NCBI GenBank assembly: GCA_018262895.1
Contig: JADFDJ010000010.1
Span: 17,199 to 81,198 of the forward strand
DNA length: 64,000 nt
Direction: 5' to 3'
From: Methanomassiliicoccus sp.
GTDB taxonomy: Archaea > Thermoplasmatota > Thermoplasmata > Methanomassiliicoccales > Methanomassiliicoccaceae
Of the stretch, positions 18,587-29,389 are shown in pieces. The notes under the pieces are model-generated. The model ran no database searches. It was given only the letters and a program-made list of their open reading frames with translations, and was not told the DNA's origin. Every line of letters starts with the position of its first letter. Positions within the stretch are counted from its first letter, which is position 1. A program made the translations under genes and the position numbers.

Positions 18587-19389
18587 GGAGAGCAGACCAG
18601 CTTCTCCCGCAGGCGGTCGTAGAAGTCGCGTTCGAAGCGTACGAAGCGGCTCCTGGCCTCGGCCCTGGAGAACTCTGTCGGCTCGTCACCTTCCAGGGGG
18701 TGCTCGTGCTGCCCGTCGATGACGCACAGGCAGGGCTTGGGGCGTGAAAGCTCCAGCTGGATGCGGGAGGTGCTGGGGACCACCAGGGGCCGGGTGGCGA
18801 ACTTGAAGGGGGCCATGGGAGCGATGACAAAGGCGTCCATGCGGGGATCTATCACAGGGCCCCCAACGGACATGGCGTAGCACGTCGAGCCGGTGGGGGT
18901 GGATACGATTATCCCATCGGCCCTGACGTCCATGGCCAGCTGGTCATCGACGTACACGTGGAAGTGCCGTATCTTGGCCACGTGAGCGGTGTGGACCACG
19001 GACTCGTTGGTGGCATCGTACAGCCTCGTCCCGGCCACCTTCGTGGCCACCTTGATGCGGTCCTCCACGAAGTAGTCCCCTGAGAGCAGGCGGTCGATCC
19101 CAGCACTGAGGAAGGGCTCGGTAACCTCGGTGAGGAAGCCCAGGGCGCCGGCGTTGATCCCAAGTATGGGCGCATTGGTCCTCTGTAGGGAGCGCAGGAT
19201 CGTACCGTCCCCGCCCACTGTTATCAGGACATCCACGTCCATGTCCTCGATGGGCATCCCCGGTCTTCCGAACAGCCGTGCGATCCCTGACTCCAGGACC
19301 ACGTTCTGCCCCTCGAGCTTGCTCATCACCACCCTGCTCATCTTGATGGCCTCAGGTATCTCCGCGTTAGCCGTTATCCCCAACTTCAT
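18583..19389 (-). CDS. nadK: NAD(+) kinase
   Basis: GGDGTIL, GINAGALGFL, NE, DGIIVSTPTGSTCY. Confidence 0.95.
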   Translation of the reverse strand: MKLGITANAEIPEAIKMSRVVMSKLEGQNVVLESGIARLFGRPGMPIEDMDVDVLITVGGDGTILRSLQRTNAPILGINAGALGFLTEVTEPFLSAGIDRLLSGDYFVEDRIKVATKVAGTRLYDATNESVVHTAHVAKIRHFHVYVDDQLAMDVRADGIIVSTPTGSTCYAMSVGGPVIDPRMDAFVIAPMAPFKFATRPLVVPSTSRIQLELSRPKPCLCVIDGQHEHPLEGDEPTEFSRAEARSRFVRFERDFYDRLREKLVCSP

Positions 19390-20159
19390 AGCATCAGCTC
19401 CTTGACCCTCGGGTCCCCGTAGGCGAGGAAGTTGCTCCTTGCCGAGAGGTCGAAGGGCATGTCCAGCCGTCTTCCCTTCAGGTCGACGATGTCGCCACCC
19501 GCCTCCCTGAGTATGAGGGCGCTGGCCGCGATGTCGATCACCCGTATGCCCTTCTCATAGACCTCGGTATTGAAATAGTATGCATCGAACCGTCCCTGGG
19601 CTACCAGAGCCATCTCCAAGGACGCGCACCCCATGGCCCTGACCCTCGAGGACCTCTTCACGAGCTCGAAGGCCCGGGGATGCGCGAAGCGGCCGAGGTA
19701 GAACAGCATGGCCGGCTCCTGCGTGGGAAGGCTGCGGACCCGGAGCGTAGTGCCGTTCATGGTGGCCCCATGACCTCTCTGGGCGCGGTACAGGTCCCCG
19801 TTCACCAGGTCCAGGAGGATGGCGTGCTGGATATCGTCAAGGGAGCGCCTTCCGACCGCCAGGGAGACGCTGAAGAAGGGGATGCCGTGTACGGAGTTGT
19901 GGGTACCGTCTATGGGGTCCACCACCAGGGTGTCCGGGTAGCCGCGGTCGACGTAGCCAGCCTCCTCGCTGAGCACGTTCAGCGGCAGGTCCCGCCCGTT
20001 GACCTCGCGGAGGATGACGTCCTCGGCGATCTTGTCGATGCTTTCCGTAGGTGTCCCGTCCGCCCCAATGTACAGTTCCCTACCCCGGTCGAAATCCCGG
20101 GGGAGGGCCTGCACCTCTTCCCTGACCAGCATGGCGATCCTTTCCAGCTCCGACTGCAT
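19386..20159 (-). CDS. Inositol monophosphatase / FBPase family (possible NADP phosphatase partner of NAD kinase)
   Basis: GADGTPT, SEE, VDPIDGT, DIAASALILREAGG. Confidence 0.9.
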   Translation of the reverse strand: MQSELERIAMLVREEVQALPRDFDRGRELYIGADGTPTESIDKIAEDVILREVNGRDLPLNVLSEEAGYVDRGYPDTLVVDPIDGTHNSVHGIPFFSVSLAVGRRSLDDIQHAILLDLVNGDLYRAQRGHGATMNGTTLRVRSLPTQEPAMLFYLGRFAHPRAFELVKRSSRVRAMGCASLEMALVAQGRFDAYYFNTEVYEKGIRVIDIAASALILREAGGDIVDLKGRRLDMPFDLSARSNFLAYGDPRVKELML

Positions 20160-20265
20160 CGCCTGCGGTATGCACACCCTCCTTTAACATTATTGCGAGG
20201 TGGAAACCACGACCACGTGGAATAAGAACGGGCTCCGACCGAAACTCCCATAAGGGAGAGAGATG

Positions 20266-20301
20266 AAAAAGGCCGGGTCCGACGGAGCACGGTCGACCGG
20301 C
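20266..20301 (-). terminator. Hairpin plus T5 downstream of the three-gene wHTH operon
   Basis: Minus strand GCCGGTCGAC…GTCGGACCCGGC-CTTTTT. Confidence 0.5.
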
Positions 20302-20341
20302 GATGGAAGGGCTAGGAAGGTGTGTTCGCGTGGAACGGGTT

Positions 20342-20602
20342 TTACTGACGTCCCATGGAGGGGATGTCGCTCAGCCCGGAGACCAGTTCCCGCACGCTGA
20401 CGGCAGAGCCGTACTCCAGCGCCAAAGACCGGGCCTCCGGTGCCGGAAGGCCAGAACGTACCAGCTCATGGTAGAAGCGCTTCTCCGCCTTCCGGGCCGC
20501 ACGCTTCATGCGAAGGTAGGACACGATCACCTTGAGGCCGACGCCAGGCCCGTACGCCACAGCGTACAGCACCGCGCTTCGGTCCTGCTGCTCCATCTTC
20601 AA
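20342..20602 (-). CDS. Hypothetical small helical protein
   Basis: TTGA overlap with upstream gene; LVRSGLPAPEARSLALEY motif. Confidence 0.75.
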   Translation of the reverse strand: MKMEQQDRSAVLYAVAYGPGVGLKVIVSYLRMKRAARKAEKRFYHELVRSGLPAPEARSLALEYGSAVSVRELVSGLSDIPSMGRQ

Positions 20603-20904
20603 TCCTCCTGTGACCGCTCCTTCCTCTTCCAGTCACTGTCACCGCTCTGCGCCACGCCCCTGACGATATTGCCCAGGGACATGTTGCTCATATAGTCACG
20701 TGTGAGCTGGTAAGCCTGCTCGTTGGACATCCCCGACTCTTTCAGCGCCTTGAAGAAGTTGGCCACGGCCTTGCCGTACTCCTCGCTCTCCTTGGCCCCG
20801 TAAAGGATCTTGGCCAGGTTTTCGAGGAGACCTGGTACGGTCTCGGACAGCACCTTCATGATGTCCCTTATCTGCTCTGCATCCGGCATCTCATTGTTCG
20901 ACAT
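20599..20904 (-). CDS. Hypothetical helical protein
   Basis: SD GGGGTGA upstream; LKESGMSNEQAYQLTRDY motif. Confidence 0.8.
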   Translation of the reverse strand: MSNNEMPDAEQIRDIMKVLSETVPGLLENLAKILYGAKESEEYGKAVANFFKALKESGMSNEQAYQLTRDYMSNMSLGNIVRGVAQSGDSDWKRKERSQED

Positions 20905-20984
20905 TGTCTTTCACCCCTTGTCACGTTGAGAACGCTCGCGGCCACCGACCTCGCCGTCCTCGCATCAACATATGAGTGTTCACT

Positions 20985-21443
20985 TCACTTATTCAATCCG
21001 AGCACTTCTGACCACTTTTCGACCACCCTCGCTGACACCCTGAAGGTCTTGGCCTTGCTCCCCTTCTCCTCGGCCAGCAGGTCCTGCCTCACCATCTCCT
21101 CCAGGCGCTCCCGCACGATCCTCCTGCTGGACGAGCCCGTTCTGGTCCTCAGCTCCTCGGAGATCTGGGAGATGTTGAGCCCCGGCCGGTCCATGAGTAT
21201 GCGCATGATCTCCCGGGACATGGGGTCCTTCAGCTCCGGCAGGATCACGTCCACGGCTATCACACCGTGCCTCTGGTACAGGTCCAGCAGCCGGAAGTAC
21301 TTCTGCACTATGCCCTGGAACTGCCCAAGCTGCTCCACCAGCTGGGAGTAGGGTCTGGTGACCTCTCGCAATGAGGACTCCAGGCTGGCGATGCGCTCGG
21401 TCAGCTCCTCTATCTTCCGGTCCTTTTCCTTTGTATCAGGCAC
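20985..21443 (-). CDS. Coiled-coil + winged helix-turn-helix protein
   Basis: N-terminal heptads, then LKDPMSREIMRIL…LNISQISEELR…SRRIVRERLEEM. Confidence 0.8.
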   Translation of the reverse strand: MPDTKEKDRKIEELTERIASLESSLREVTRPYSQLVEQLGQFQGIVQKYFRLLDLYQRHGVIAVDVILPELKDPMSREIMRILMDRPGLNISQISEELRTRTGSSSRRIVRERLEEMVRQDLLAEEKGSKAKTFRVSARVVEKWSEVLGLNK

Positions 21444-21573
21444 CGTGTATGAAGCGTACCGGCCGATAATAATACATTAGGGCTGCTCTGAGAAAAGGGA
21501 CCGCACGTCCCGCCGGGGCCTCTGCACCGCATTTATTTATCGATGGGCGCGTTCCTGGGCCCTGAGGCGGATC

Positions 21574-22227
21574 ATGAAGCGTACCGAGTTCGAGGGCGTC
21601 TATACTGACGGAGAAAGGCTGTACACGCGCAATTCCGCTCCTGGCAAGGCCGTCTACGGGGAGCGCCTGGTCAGCGTGGATGAGGTGCAATACCGTGAGT
21701 GGGTGCCCACGCGCAGCAAGCTGGCCGCGTACCTGAGGTCAGGAGGCACGTTCTTCCCCTTCCGCAGGGCGACCTCGGTCCTGTACCTGGGAGCGGCCAG
21801 CGGAACGACTGCCAGCCACATCGCCGACATCGTGGTCGAGGGCACGGTGTACTGTGTTGAGATCTCCCCGCGCTCCTTCCGCGACCTCGTCCCGGTGTGC
21901 GAGTCCCGTCCCAACATGGTCCCGTTCCTCGCCGATGCCACCAAGCCTCAGGAGTACTCCTTCGGGGTCTCGGGAGCGGATGTCGTCTACCAGGACATCG
22001 CCCAGAGGGGGCAGGCGCAGATATTCATCAAGAACTTCAAGGCGTTCTCAGCCCGGAGCGGCCTATTGGTCATCAAGTCCCGTTCCGAGGATGTGTCCCA
22101 GGACCCTCACCGCATCTACGAGGAGTCAAAGAGGCAGCTGCAGAGCGCGGGGCTGCAGGTGCGCGAGGTGGTCAAGCTCGATCCCATGGAGAAGGACCAC
22201 GCCATGATCGCGGTGGGTTCCCCATGA
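21574..22227 (+). CDS. flpA: Fibrillarin-like rRNA/tRNA 2'-O-methyltransferase
   Basis: VYGE, YREWVPTRSKLAA, VLYLGAASGTTASH, YQDIAQ, IKSRS. Confidence 0.97.
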   Translation: MKRTEFEGVYTDGERLYTRNSAPGKAVYGERLVSVDEVQYREWVPTRSKLAAYLRSGGTFFPFRRATSVLYLGAASGTTASHIADIVVEGTVYCVEISPRSFRDLVPVCESRPNMVPFLADATKPQEYSFGVSGADVVYQDIAQRGQAQIFIKNFKAFSARSGLLVIKSRSEDVSQDPHRIYEESKRQLQSAGLQVREVVKLDPMEKDHAMIAVGSP

Positions 22228-22580
22228 GGTACGTCTACTGCATCGCCTTCGATGGCGACGGCTTCATAATGGTCTTCAATCCCAAGAGGAACGGCTGGGA
22301 GATGCCGGGAGGCAAGGTCGAGGAGGGAGAGAGCGACCTGGAGGCAGCGAGGAGAGAGTTCCGCGAGGAGGTGGGGCACGATATGATCGAGATCTCGAGC
22401 AAGGAGGAGTCCCCCGAGGTCACGGTCTTCGCTGCACGCCTGGGGCCCCGGGTCGATGGGGGTGAGATGACCTGGCGCCGGTTCCAGGACCTGCCGGAGC
22501 GCCTGTCATTTCCCATGGTGGAGTACCTCCCTTTGATCGCCTGGGCGAGGGAACAGGTGTTTTCTAGCGCTACAAGATAG
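22224..22580 (+). CDS. NUDIX hydrolase
   Basis: Nudix box GGKVEEGESDLEAARREFREEVG; real start MRYVY at the ATGA overlap 22224. Confidence 0.9.
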   Translation: MRYVYCIAFDGDGFIMVFNPKRNGWEMPGGKVEEGESDLEAARREFREEVGHDMIEISSKEESPEVTVFAARLGPRVDGGEMTWRRFQDLPERLSFPMVEYLPLIAWAREQVFSSATR

Positions 22581-22618
22581 AGCATGCTCCTAACGGAGGC
22601 AAGCCCATTCTCGTCTTA

Positions 22619-22831
22619 CTATGTGAACTGCTCCGCCCTCCAGGACAGATCTTCTTGCATCATCCATTGGATGTGCACCACCATGCTGGGCGGTGTAGCG
22701 GTCCAGTGTCCACAAGCGAGTTCGGGCAGTTCCTGCCCTACCTTCATAATTCCTCGTTGGAGGATGTTCATAGAAGCGTTATGGTCACGTGAAAGATGGA
22801 GGCCGCAGTACGGGCAGTCGTGCCACCTCAG
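22619..22831 (-). mobile_element. tnpB: IS200/IS605-family (IS1341-type) TnpB 3' remnant with omega-RNA-like region and right end
   Basis: Minus strand reads LRWHDCPYCGLHLSRDHNASMNILQRG (Zn ribbon plus RuvC-III RDxNAxxNI), followed by GTAGGGCAGGAACTGCCCGAA…CTTGTGGA…GATGATGCAAGAAG…GGAGCAGTTCAC. No start codon; not in the ORF track. Confidence 0.85.
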
Positions 22832-22953
22832 TTAGATTTCACCCCCTCTGATCTAGGCTTATTTGCAATCCGAACAATATTAAATACCAGAACAGGGATT
22901 GGCTAAAACCTCGCCACCTAAACACCATTCGATTCACATTTGGAGACTTCACT

Positions 22954-23409
22954 ATGGCCCGTATGCACGCCAGGAGAAGGGGCAAGTCCGGTTCCCAGCG
23001 TCCGCTGATCACCGAGAACCCTGCATGGGTGCCCCTAAACAAGGACGAGATAGAGGAAAAGATCATTGCCATGGGCAAGGACGGCATCCCCGCCGCCCGC
23101 ATTGGCCTGTTGCTTCGCGACCAGTACGCCGTACCCGATGTAAAGCTGGCCACCGGAAGGACCGTTCTGGACATCCTCAAGGAGAACGACCTGCAGCCCA
23201 CCATCCCCGACGACCTGATCGCTCTGATGAGGAGGGCCATCAACCTGCAGACCCATCTCAACGAGAACAAGAAGGATGTTGCCAACAAGCGCAACCTCCA
23301 GATGGTGGAGTCCAAGATCCGCCGCATCGTGAAGTACTACAAGCGCGAGGGATCCCTCCCCGCGGACTGGCAGTACTCTATCGCCAACGCCGAGCTATTG
23401 ATCGAGTGA
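22954..23409 (+). CDS. rps15: 30S ribosomal protein S15 (uS15/S13e)
   Basis: MARMHARRRGKSGSQRP, LRDQY, ESKIRRIVKYYK. Confidence 0.98.
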   Translation: MARMHARRRGKSGSQRPLITENPAWVPLNKDEIEEKIIAMGKDGIPAARIGLLLRDQYAVPDVKLATGRTVLDILKENDLQPTIPDDLIALMRRAINLQTHLNENKKDVANKRNLQMVESKIRRIVKYYKREGSLPADWQYSIANAELLIE

Positions 23410-23415
23410 TGGCAG

Positions 23416-24774
23416 ATGGAACCAGGCACCACGCTGCCTGATAAACTCCTTTCCCGCATTTCTATCGCCAAGGCGGAGATCGATCGCTTCCACGAGGTCC
23501 GCATCATCTCCCATTACGACGCGGACGGTATCTCCTCCGCAGGCGTGCTGTGCAACGCCCTCCTGCGGGCGGGCAAGCGCTTCCACGCCACCATGACCAA
23601 GTCCCTCACCAACGACCTCATCTCGGAGATGGCTGAGGGATGCGACCTTCTGATACTCAGCGACATGGGCTCCTCCCATCTGGATTCCCTTGAGGGGTTG
23701 CCATGCAAGGTGATCGTTCTTGACCATCATGCGCCCCCCCGGGACTCGGAGAAGGTTGTGCATGTCAATCCCCATCTCGCCGGGATCGACGGCATGACCT
23801 CCGGATCGGCGTCAGCCGTGTGCATGCTGCTGGCCGCGGAGATGGACGAGCGCAACTGGGACCTCCTGGGCATCGCCTTCGCCGGAATCGCCGGGGACCG
23901 CCAGGCCATCCGTGGCCTGTCAGGTCTGAACCAGTGGCTTTTCGAGGAGGGCTTGAAGCGGAACGTGGTGGAGGTCCGACCAGGCTCCATGCTTCCCGAG
24001 GGGGAGCTGTTGTCCGGTCTGGTGGGGTCCACCGATCCCTATGTCATAGGCGTCTCCGGCTCTCCTCAGGGTGCCAAGGCCCTCCTGGAGGAGGCGGGTG
24101 TCCCCCTTAATGCGAGGGCGGAGGATATCGATGAGACCCAGCGCATGAAGCTCTCATCACTGCTGGCATTGAAGCTCACGGCTCAGGGAACCCCCGTGGT
24201 CACCCTCGATGAGGTGGTCCACGAGCGCTACCATTTTCCTCGATGGGGCATGAGCGCGGACGCCTTTGCCAGCCTTCTCAACGCCTGCGGCCGCTCCAAC
24301 CACGAAGGGGTGGGACTGGCCCTGGCGCTGGGGGACGAGGAGGCCATGAAGCATGCCCGGGCCCTGAGGCAGGAGTATGTGGACGAGGTGCAGGCCTCCC
24401 TGCTGCGGGTGATCGGGAAGGGGATAACCAAGGGCGAGAACATCCAGTACTTCCTCAACGAGAACCTCGGCCTGTCCGGCATCCTTAGTGGTGTGACCAT
24501 GCAGTATTTCGGGGACCGCGACAAGCCCACACTGGCCCTGGCGGACACGGGTAATGAGATAAAGGTGTCCTCCCGGGGGACCTTCGAGCTTCTGGACCAG
24601 GGTGTGGACCTGGCAGCGGCGCTGCGGGAGAGCGCACAGAAGGTCGGCGGAGTTGGAGGGGGGCACCGCATCGCTTCGGGCGCGACCGTGCCCCGTGGCC
24701 GGGAAAAGGAGTTCCTGGACCTGGTCGATAAGATGGTGGGTGAGCAGAAGGCCCAGAAGAAGGACGCCGCGTGA
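23416..24774 (+). CDS. DHH/DHHA1 family phosphoesterase (RecJ-like exonuclease)
   Basis: SHYDADG, DMGS, DHH, LLNACGR, GGGHRIASG; usual position after rps15. Confidence 0.9.
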   Translation: MEPGTTLPDKLLSRISIAKAEIDRFHEVRIISHYDADGISSAGVLCNALLRAGKRFHATMTKSLTNDLISEMAEGCDLLILSDMGSSHLDSLEGLPCKVIVLDHHAPPRDSEKVVHVNPHLAGIDGMTSGSASAVCMLLAAEMDERNWDLLGIAFAGIAGDRQAIRGLSGLNQWLFEEGLKRNVVEVRPGSMLPEGELLSGLVGSTDPYVIGVSGSPQGAKALLEEAGVPLNARAEDIDETQRMKLSSLLALKLTAQGTPVVTLDEVVHERYHFPRWGMSADAFASLLNACGRSNHEGVGLALALGDEEAMKHARALRQEYVDEVQASLLRVIGKGITKGENIQYFLNENLGLSGILSGVTMQYFGDRDKPTLALADTGNEIKVSSRGTFELLDQGVDLAAALRESAQKVGGVGGGHRIASGATVPRGREKEFLDLVDKMVGEQKAQKKDAA

Positions 24775-25755
24775 TCAGCGCCAGGTAACTTCCACCTCAT
24801 CGGTGCGGAAGCGCTGGTCCACCTTTGTGTCCTCGACCTTCATACGAACGCCTGCCCTGTGCATGATCATGCCGGTCCAGGCGATCATGGCGCCGTTGTC
24901 TATGCACAGCTTGGGCTCGGGCACGTACATCTCCCCGCCCCGGTCGTGGGCCATCTGGGCCACCATTGCCCTCAGGCGCTTGTTCTGCACCACACCGCCC
25001 CCGAGGAGCACTTCGCTCTTCTCGATGTGCGCCATGGCCCTCTCGGTGACCTCGGATAGCATGGCGAAGCAGGTCTCCTGTACGGAAAAGCATATGTCCT
25101 CCAGTCTCTCGCCGCGGGAACGGTGGGCCATGGCCGCGGTCATTATCCCTGAGAAGGCAAGGTCCATCCCCTTCACCGAATAGGGGAGCTCCAGCAGCTT
25201 GTCGCCCTCCAGGGCCAGCTTCTCTATCTTAGGTCCCGCATAGTAGCCCAGGCCCAGCTCCCGTCCCAGCTTATCGAACATGTTCCCGATCCCTATGTCC
25301 AGGGTCTCCCCGAAGATGCGGAAGCGGCCGTTGGTGAACGATATCACCTGGGTGTTGCCGCCTGAGGCATACAGGAGCACGGGATCGATGCACTCGGTCT
25401 TGGCGACACCCACCTCCAGGTGGGCGATGCAGTGGTTCACCCCGACGATAGGGCGGTCCAGGGACATGGCCAGGGCACGCGCGGCAGTGGCCACGGTACG
25501 AAGGCACGGCCCCAATCCCGGCCCTTGGGAGAAACAGACCACGTCCACATCTCGGAGCTGTATGCCCGCGCTTGCCACAGCCCTGTTTATGAGTGTCACC
25601 ACGACCTCGGAATGGTGGTTGGCCGCCTCACGGGGATGGATGCCCCCTCTCTCGGGACGGTACATGTCGAGCTCGTTCGCCAGGATGTTGGCGTTCTCGT
25701 CCACGATCCCCACCCCGCATGTGTGGGCCGTGCCCTCGATCCCCAGACAGATCAT
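24775..25755 (-). CDS. kae1: KEOPS t6A synthase Kae1 (stand-alone)
   Basis: [48 protein letters not shown]. Confidence 0.97.
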   Translation of the reverse strand: MICLGIEGTAHTCGVGIVDENANILANELDMYRPERGGIHPREAANHHSEVVVTLINRAVASAGIQLRDVDVVCFSQGPGLGPCLRTVATAARALAMSLDRPIVGVNHCIAHLEVGVAKTECIDPVLLYASGGNTQVISFTNGRFRIFGETLDIGIGNMFDKLGRELGLGYYAGPKIEKLALEGDKLLELPYSVKGMDLAFSGIMTAAMAHRSRGERLEDICFSVQETCFAMLSEVTERAMAHIEKSEVLLGGGVVQNKRLRAMVAQMAHDRGGEMYVPEPKLCIDNGAMIAWTGMIMHRAGVRMKVEDTKVDQRFRTDEVEVTWR

Positions 25756-25769
25756 GGTGGTGCGTTGGT

Positions 25770-26018
25770 CTAGGCCTTCTTTCCGTTCTCGGACAATTGG
25801 TTGAGGCGGGCCATTATCGCTATGGCCCCTTCGGTGACCTCGTCGTCGACGACTAGAATGGGAGTGTGCTTGCCCAGGATCTCATAGTATGCAGCTTCTG
25901 CGAGACCTTCAGGAGTGGAGGTATCCACCAGGCTGACACTGAGGGCGGATGGGATTCTCTCCTTGATGTAGTCGCATTTCTGACATCCAGGCTTAGTAAA
26001 GAGCAGAATCTCTGGCAT
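25770..26018 (-). CDS. Glutaredoxin/thioredoxin-like protein
   Basis: FTKPGCQKC CxxC motif and cis-Pro TPILV. Confidence 0.8.
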   Translation of the reverse strand: MPEILLFTKPGCQKCDYIKERIPSALSVSLVDTSTPEGLAEAAYYEILGKHTPILVVDDEVTEGAIAIMARLNQLSENGKKA

Positions 26019-26117
26019 CTGATTCCCACCTCAATACGGGAGTGGGATTAATACATTTTCATCATTCTCCTGAGCGCTCTGAGGTAGTGGTTTATATCAC
26101 CATATCCCGATGACCAG

Positions 26118-26483
26118 ATGGATGGGACGATGGGGACCAAATTGAGGGCTCAATGCAAGGCCTGTGGCTTTCGGTCCGAGGACCTCTACACAGGGTTCGG
26201 CTTCCAGGGCGCAGGAGATCACTACATGTGGCCGGCGATATGCCCGAAGTGCCAAAGCTTCGGCCTCAAGGATCAGCGGCACCCTCCACAAACATGCCGG
26301 CGGTGCCGTTCGGTCATGGTGTTCTACGGCTCCCAGGATTTCTCGCAGAAATACTATCCTGACCAAACTAAGGCGGAGCCTGTGGGGGAGGATGCCTCCT
26401 CCAACATCCTGATCGGCCGCCATGTGTGTCCGTCCTGCGGGAAAGTGGAGCTCACATTCGAGGATGTCGGGTACTGGTCCTGA
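26118..26483 (+). CDS. Hypothetical double zinc-ribbon protein
   Basis: Four CxxC motifs: CKAC, CPKC, CRRC, CPSC. Confidence 0.65.
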   Translation: MDGTMGTKLRAQCKACGFRSEDLYTGFGFQGAGDHYMWPAICPKCQSFGLKDQRHPPQTCRRCRSVMVFYGSQDFSQKYYPDQTKAEPVGEDASSNILIGRHVCPSCGKVELTFEDVGYWS

Positions 26484-26747
26484 AGCAATGTGAGACTACG
26501 ATGGCCTCATCTCAATATATCGCCGCGATCTGTAATGGAGAATGATGGGGGATGAGATCATCATCGGTTTTCTCCCAAAGAGGATAGGTCCGGGGTACAT
26601 CCTATAAATATATCATCCTCCCAATGAAAACGAGAAATCGATGAGAGCGATAAAAAATCGCCGCTCGACCTCAATACCTGAGGGGGGGACGGTCGGGCAG
26701 GCGTTGATCCCAGATAGCCTCAGCTCTGACGGGCAGAGGTGCAGCCT

Positions 26748-26978
26748 ATGATTCAGGACGTGCCAATGGCGAAAGTGCTGGGCATGGGTGTGTTCGAGGT
26801 CGGTTGCGTGACCTTGGCATGGTCCATCTACAGCCTCATACCGCGTGAGGGAATGTACGTTCTGGACGCCTCCGCCATGACCTCCCTGATGGTGAACATG
26901 CTGACACTGGCAGTGGCGGCCATCCTTATCTCCACGGGCATGTTCTTCGTGGTCTATGGGGAGGACCTTTTCGATTGA
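26748..26978 (+). CDS. Small two-TM hypothetical membrane protein
   Basis: Two hydrophobic segments; ATG at 26748. Confidence 0.5.
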   Translation: MIQDVPMAKVLGMGVFEVGCVTLAWSIYSLIPREGMYVLDASAMTSLMVNMLTLAVAAILISTGMFFVVYGEDLFD

Positions 26979-27214
26979 CAGGTACCTATCTGTGGTCGTT
27001 CTGGTGGCATGCCATGGTTGCCAACTATGGGAACGTGGCCGCCTCACATCCCGAACCTCTTGTCTTTTCTGAAAAGTGTTCGAGAATTATACCAATTTAT
27101 TCTCAATGTAAATAATAAACATATCCAGCATCATCAGGACGTTATTTTTTCCCTCTGGCCAACAGCGAAAAGGATATAGACCAGGACGATATATGGACCA
27201 ATCCCGCAGTACAA

Positions 27215-27287
27215 GGGCTCATGGTCTAGTGGCTATGACGTCTCCCTGACACGGAGGAGATCGCCGGTTCGAATCCGGCTGAGCCCA
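27215..27287 (+). tRNA. tRNA-Val (GAC)
   Basis: GGGCTCATGGTCTAGTGGCTATGACG-TCTCC-CT GAC AC-GGAGG-AGATC-GCCGGTTCGAATCCGGC-TGAGCCCA. Confidence 0.96.
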
Positions 27288-27393
27288 CTCATTCTCACCA
27301 TCATGTCCTGCCTTTCTGAAAGCGAGGGCCCTAAGGATGGTCTAACTCCCACTAAGTTCATCTATCTAATCCATGTTTTTAGAACGAAAACGG

Positions 27394-27921
27394 ATGGACG
27401 AACGGAAGAGAACCGTCGGAAAACGGGACCCAAGGCTTGTTACGGTGCGACGAGGCGGCACATTGGAGGACGCCGAACATCGACTTCTCGCACAGTGGGC
27501 TGCCGATTGCGCGCAGCACGTCCTGCACCTCTTCATACAAGGGAGACCAGGTGACAGCCGTCCGCGCCGAGCTATCGAGCAGGCTCAAGCTTGGTCTCGA
27601 GGCGAGATAACAATGACTCAGGCCCGCTCGGCCGCCTGTGCCGCACACGCTGCCGCCAGAGAGGCCTACGGTGCCGCTAGGGAGGCAGCTAGAGCCGCTG
27701 GTCACGCCGCGGCGGTAGCTCACATGGCGGATCACGAGCTGGGCGCAGCGGTCCACGCGATCAGAGCTGTTCGCTTAGCAGCTCCAGAGAGCGAGCGTGA
27801 CAAGGCGGGTCGTTGCGAGTGCCGGTGGCAGCGCGCCCAGCTACCGCTGGAGATCCGTGATCTCGTGCTCTATGATCAGAGGTTAAGGAACAAAAAGTGC
27901 TGGTCCTTGTTCGATCGATGA
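27394..27921 (+). CDS. Imm5-like putative immunity protein
   Basis: RDPRLVTVRRGGTL…LLAQWAADCAQHVL…RPRRAI…AARAAGHAAAVAH matches my recollection of the Imm-5-like family. Confidence 0.7.
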   Translation: MDERKRTVGKRDPRLVTVRRGGTLEDAEHRLLAQWAADCAQHVLHLFIQGRPGDSRPRRAIEQAQAWSRGEITMTQARSAACAAHAAAREAYGAAREAARAAGHAAAVAHMADHELGAAVHAIRAVRLAAPESERDKAGRCECRWQRAQLPLEIRDLVLYDQRLRNKKCWSLFDR

Positions 27922-28009
27922 AGGGTCCGCACCTTCCTCATTTCTTTCCGCATTCGGCCTAGTCCTTCCTAGCTCTTCGAAAATCTGTTAGTTCTGTTTA
28001 CCTTGGCCA

Positions 28010-29077
<1,068 letters not shown>

Positions 29078-29389
29078 CTAGCCGACGCAGGGTCTAGATG
29101 CACGATGGCCTACTTCTGCTCTTCTGCCTTTCCGTTCCCCATACCATATCCAGTTTGGATCTTAGCTGCTCACTGTTCTTCCTGACGGCCCTGCATGAAC
29201 GGCCGACGCTTTCAGAAAAGGAAGGGATGGCGATGTGAGACTTCAGCCCCCTCTGTGAGGCAACCCGACGACAAGGATGATCGGCTGGGGGCGGGCTCTC
29301 CCGCTTTACGTCCCTCCGTGGAGGGTCTCTGATAGCTTCCATTGCTCGTTCCTATTTTTGTTCATCTGGATCGATTTCCGACCGTGACC

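Noticed and set aside
20225..20265. Hammerhead-like CGAAAC-TCCC-ATAA-GGGAG
   Set aside because: No upstream CTGANGA core and no NUH cleavage triplet.
22584..22835. 83-aa plus-strand ORF
   Set aside because: Antisense shadow of the tnpB remnant.
26641..26751. 36-codon ORF overlapping the small membrane gene by ATGA
   Set aside because: No coding signal or homology evident.
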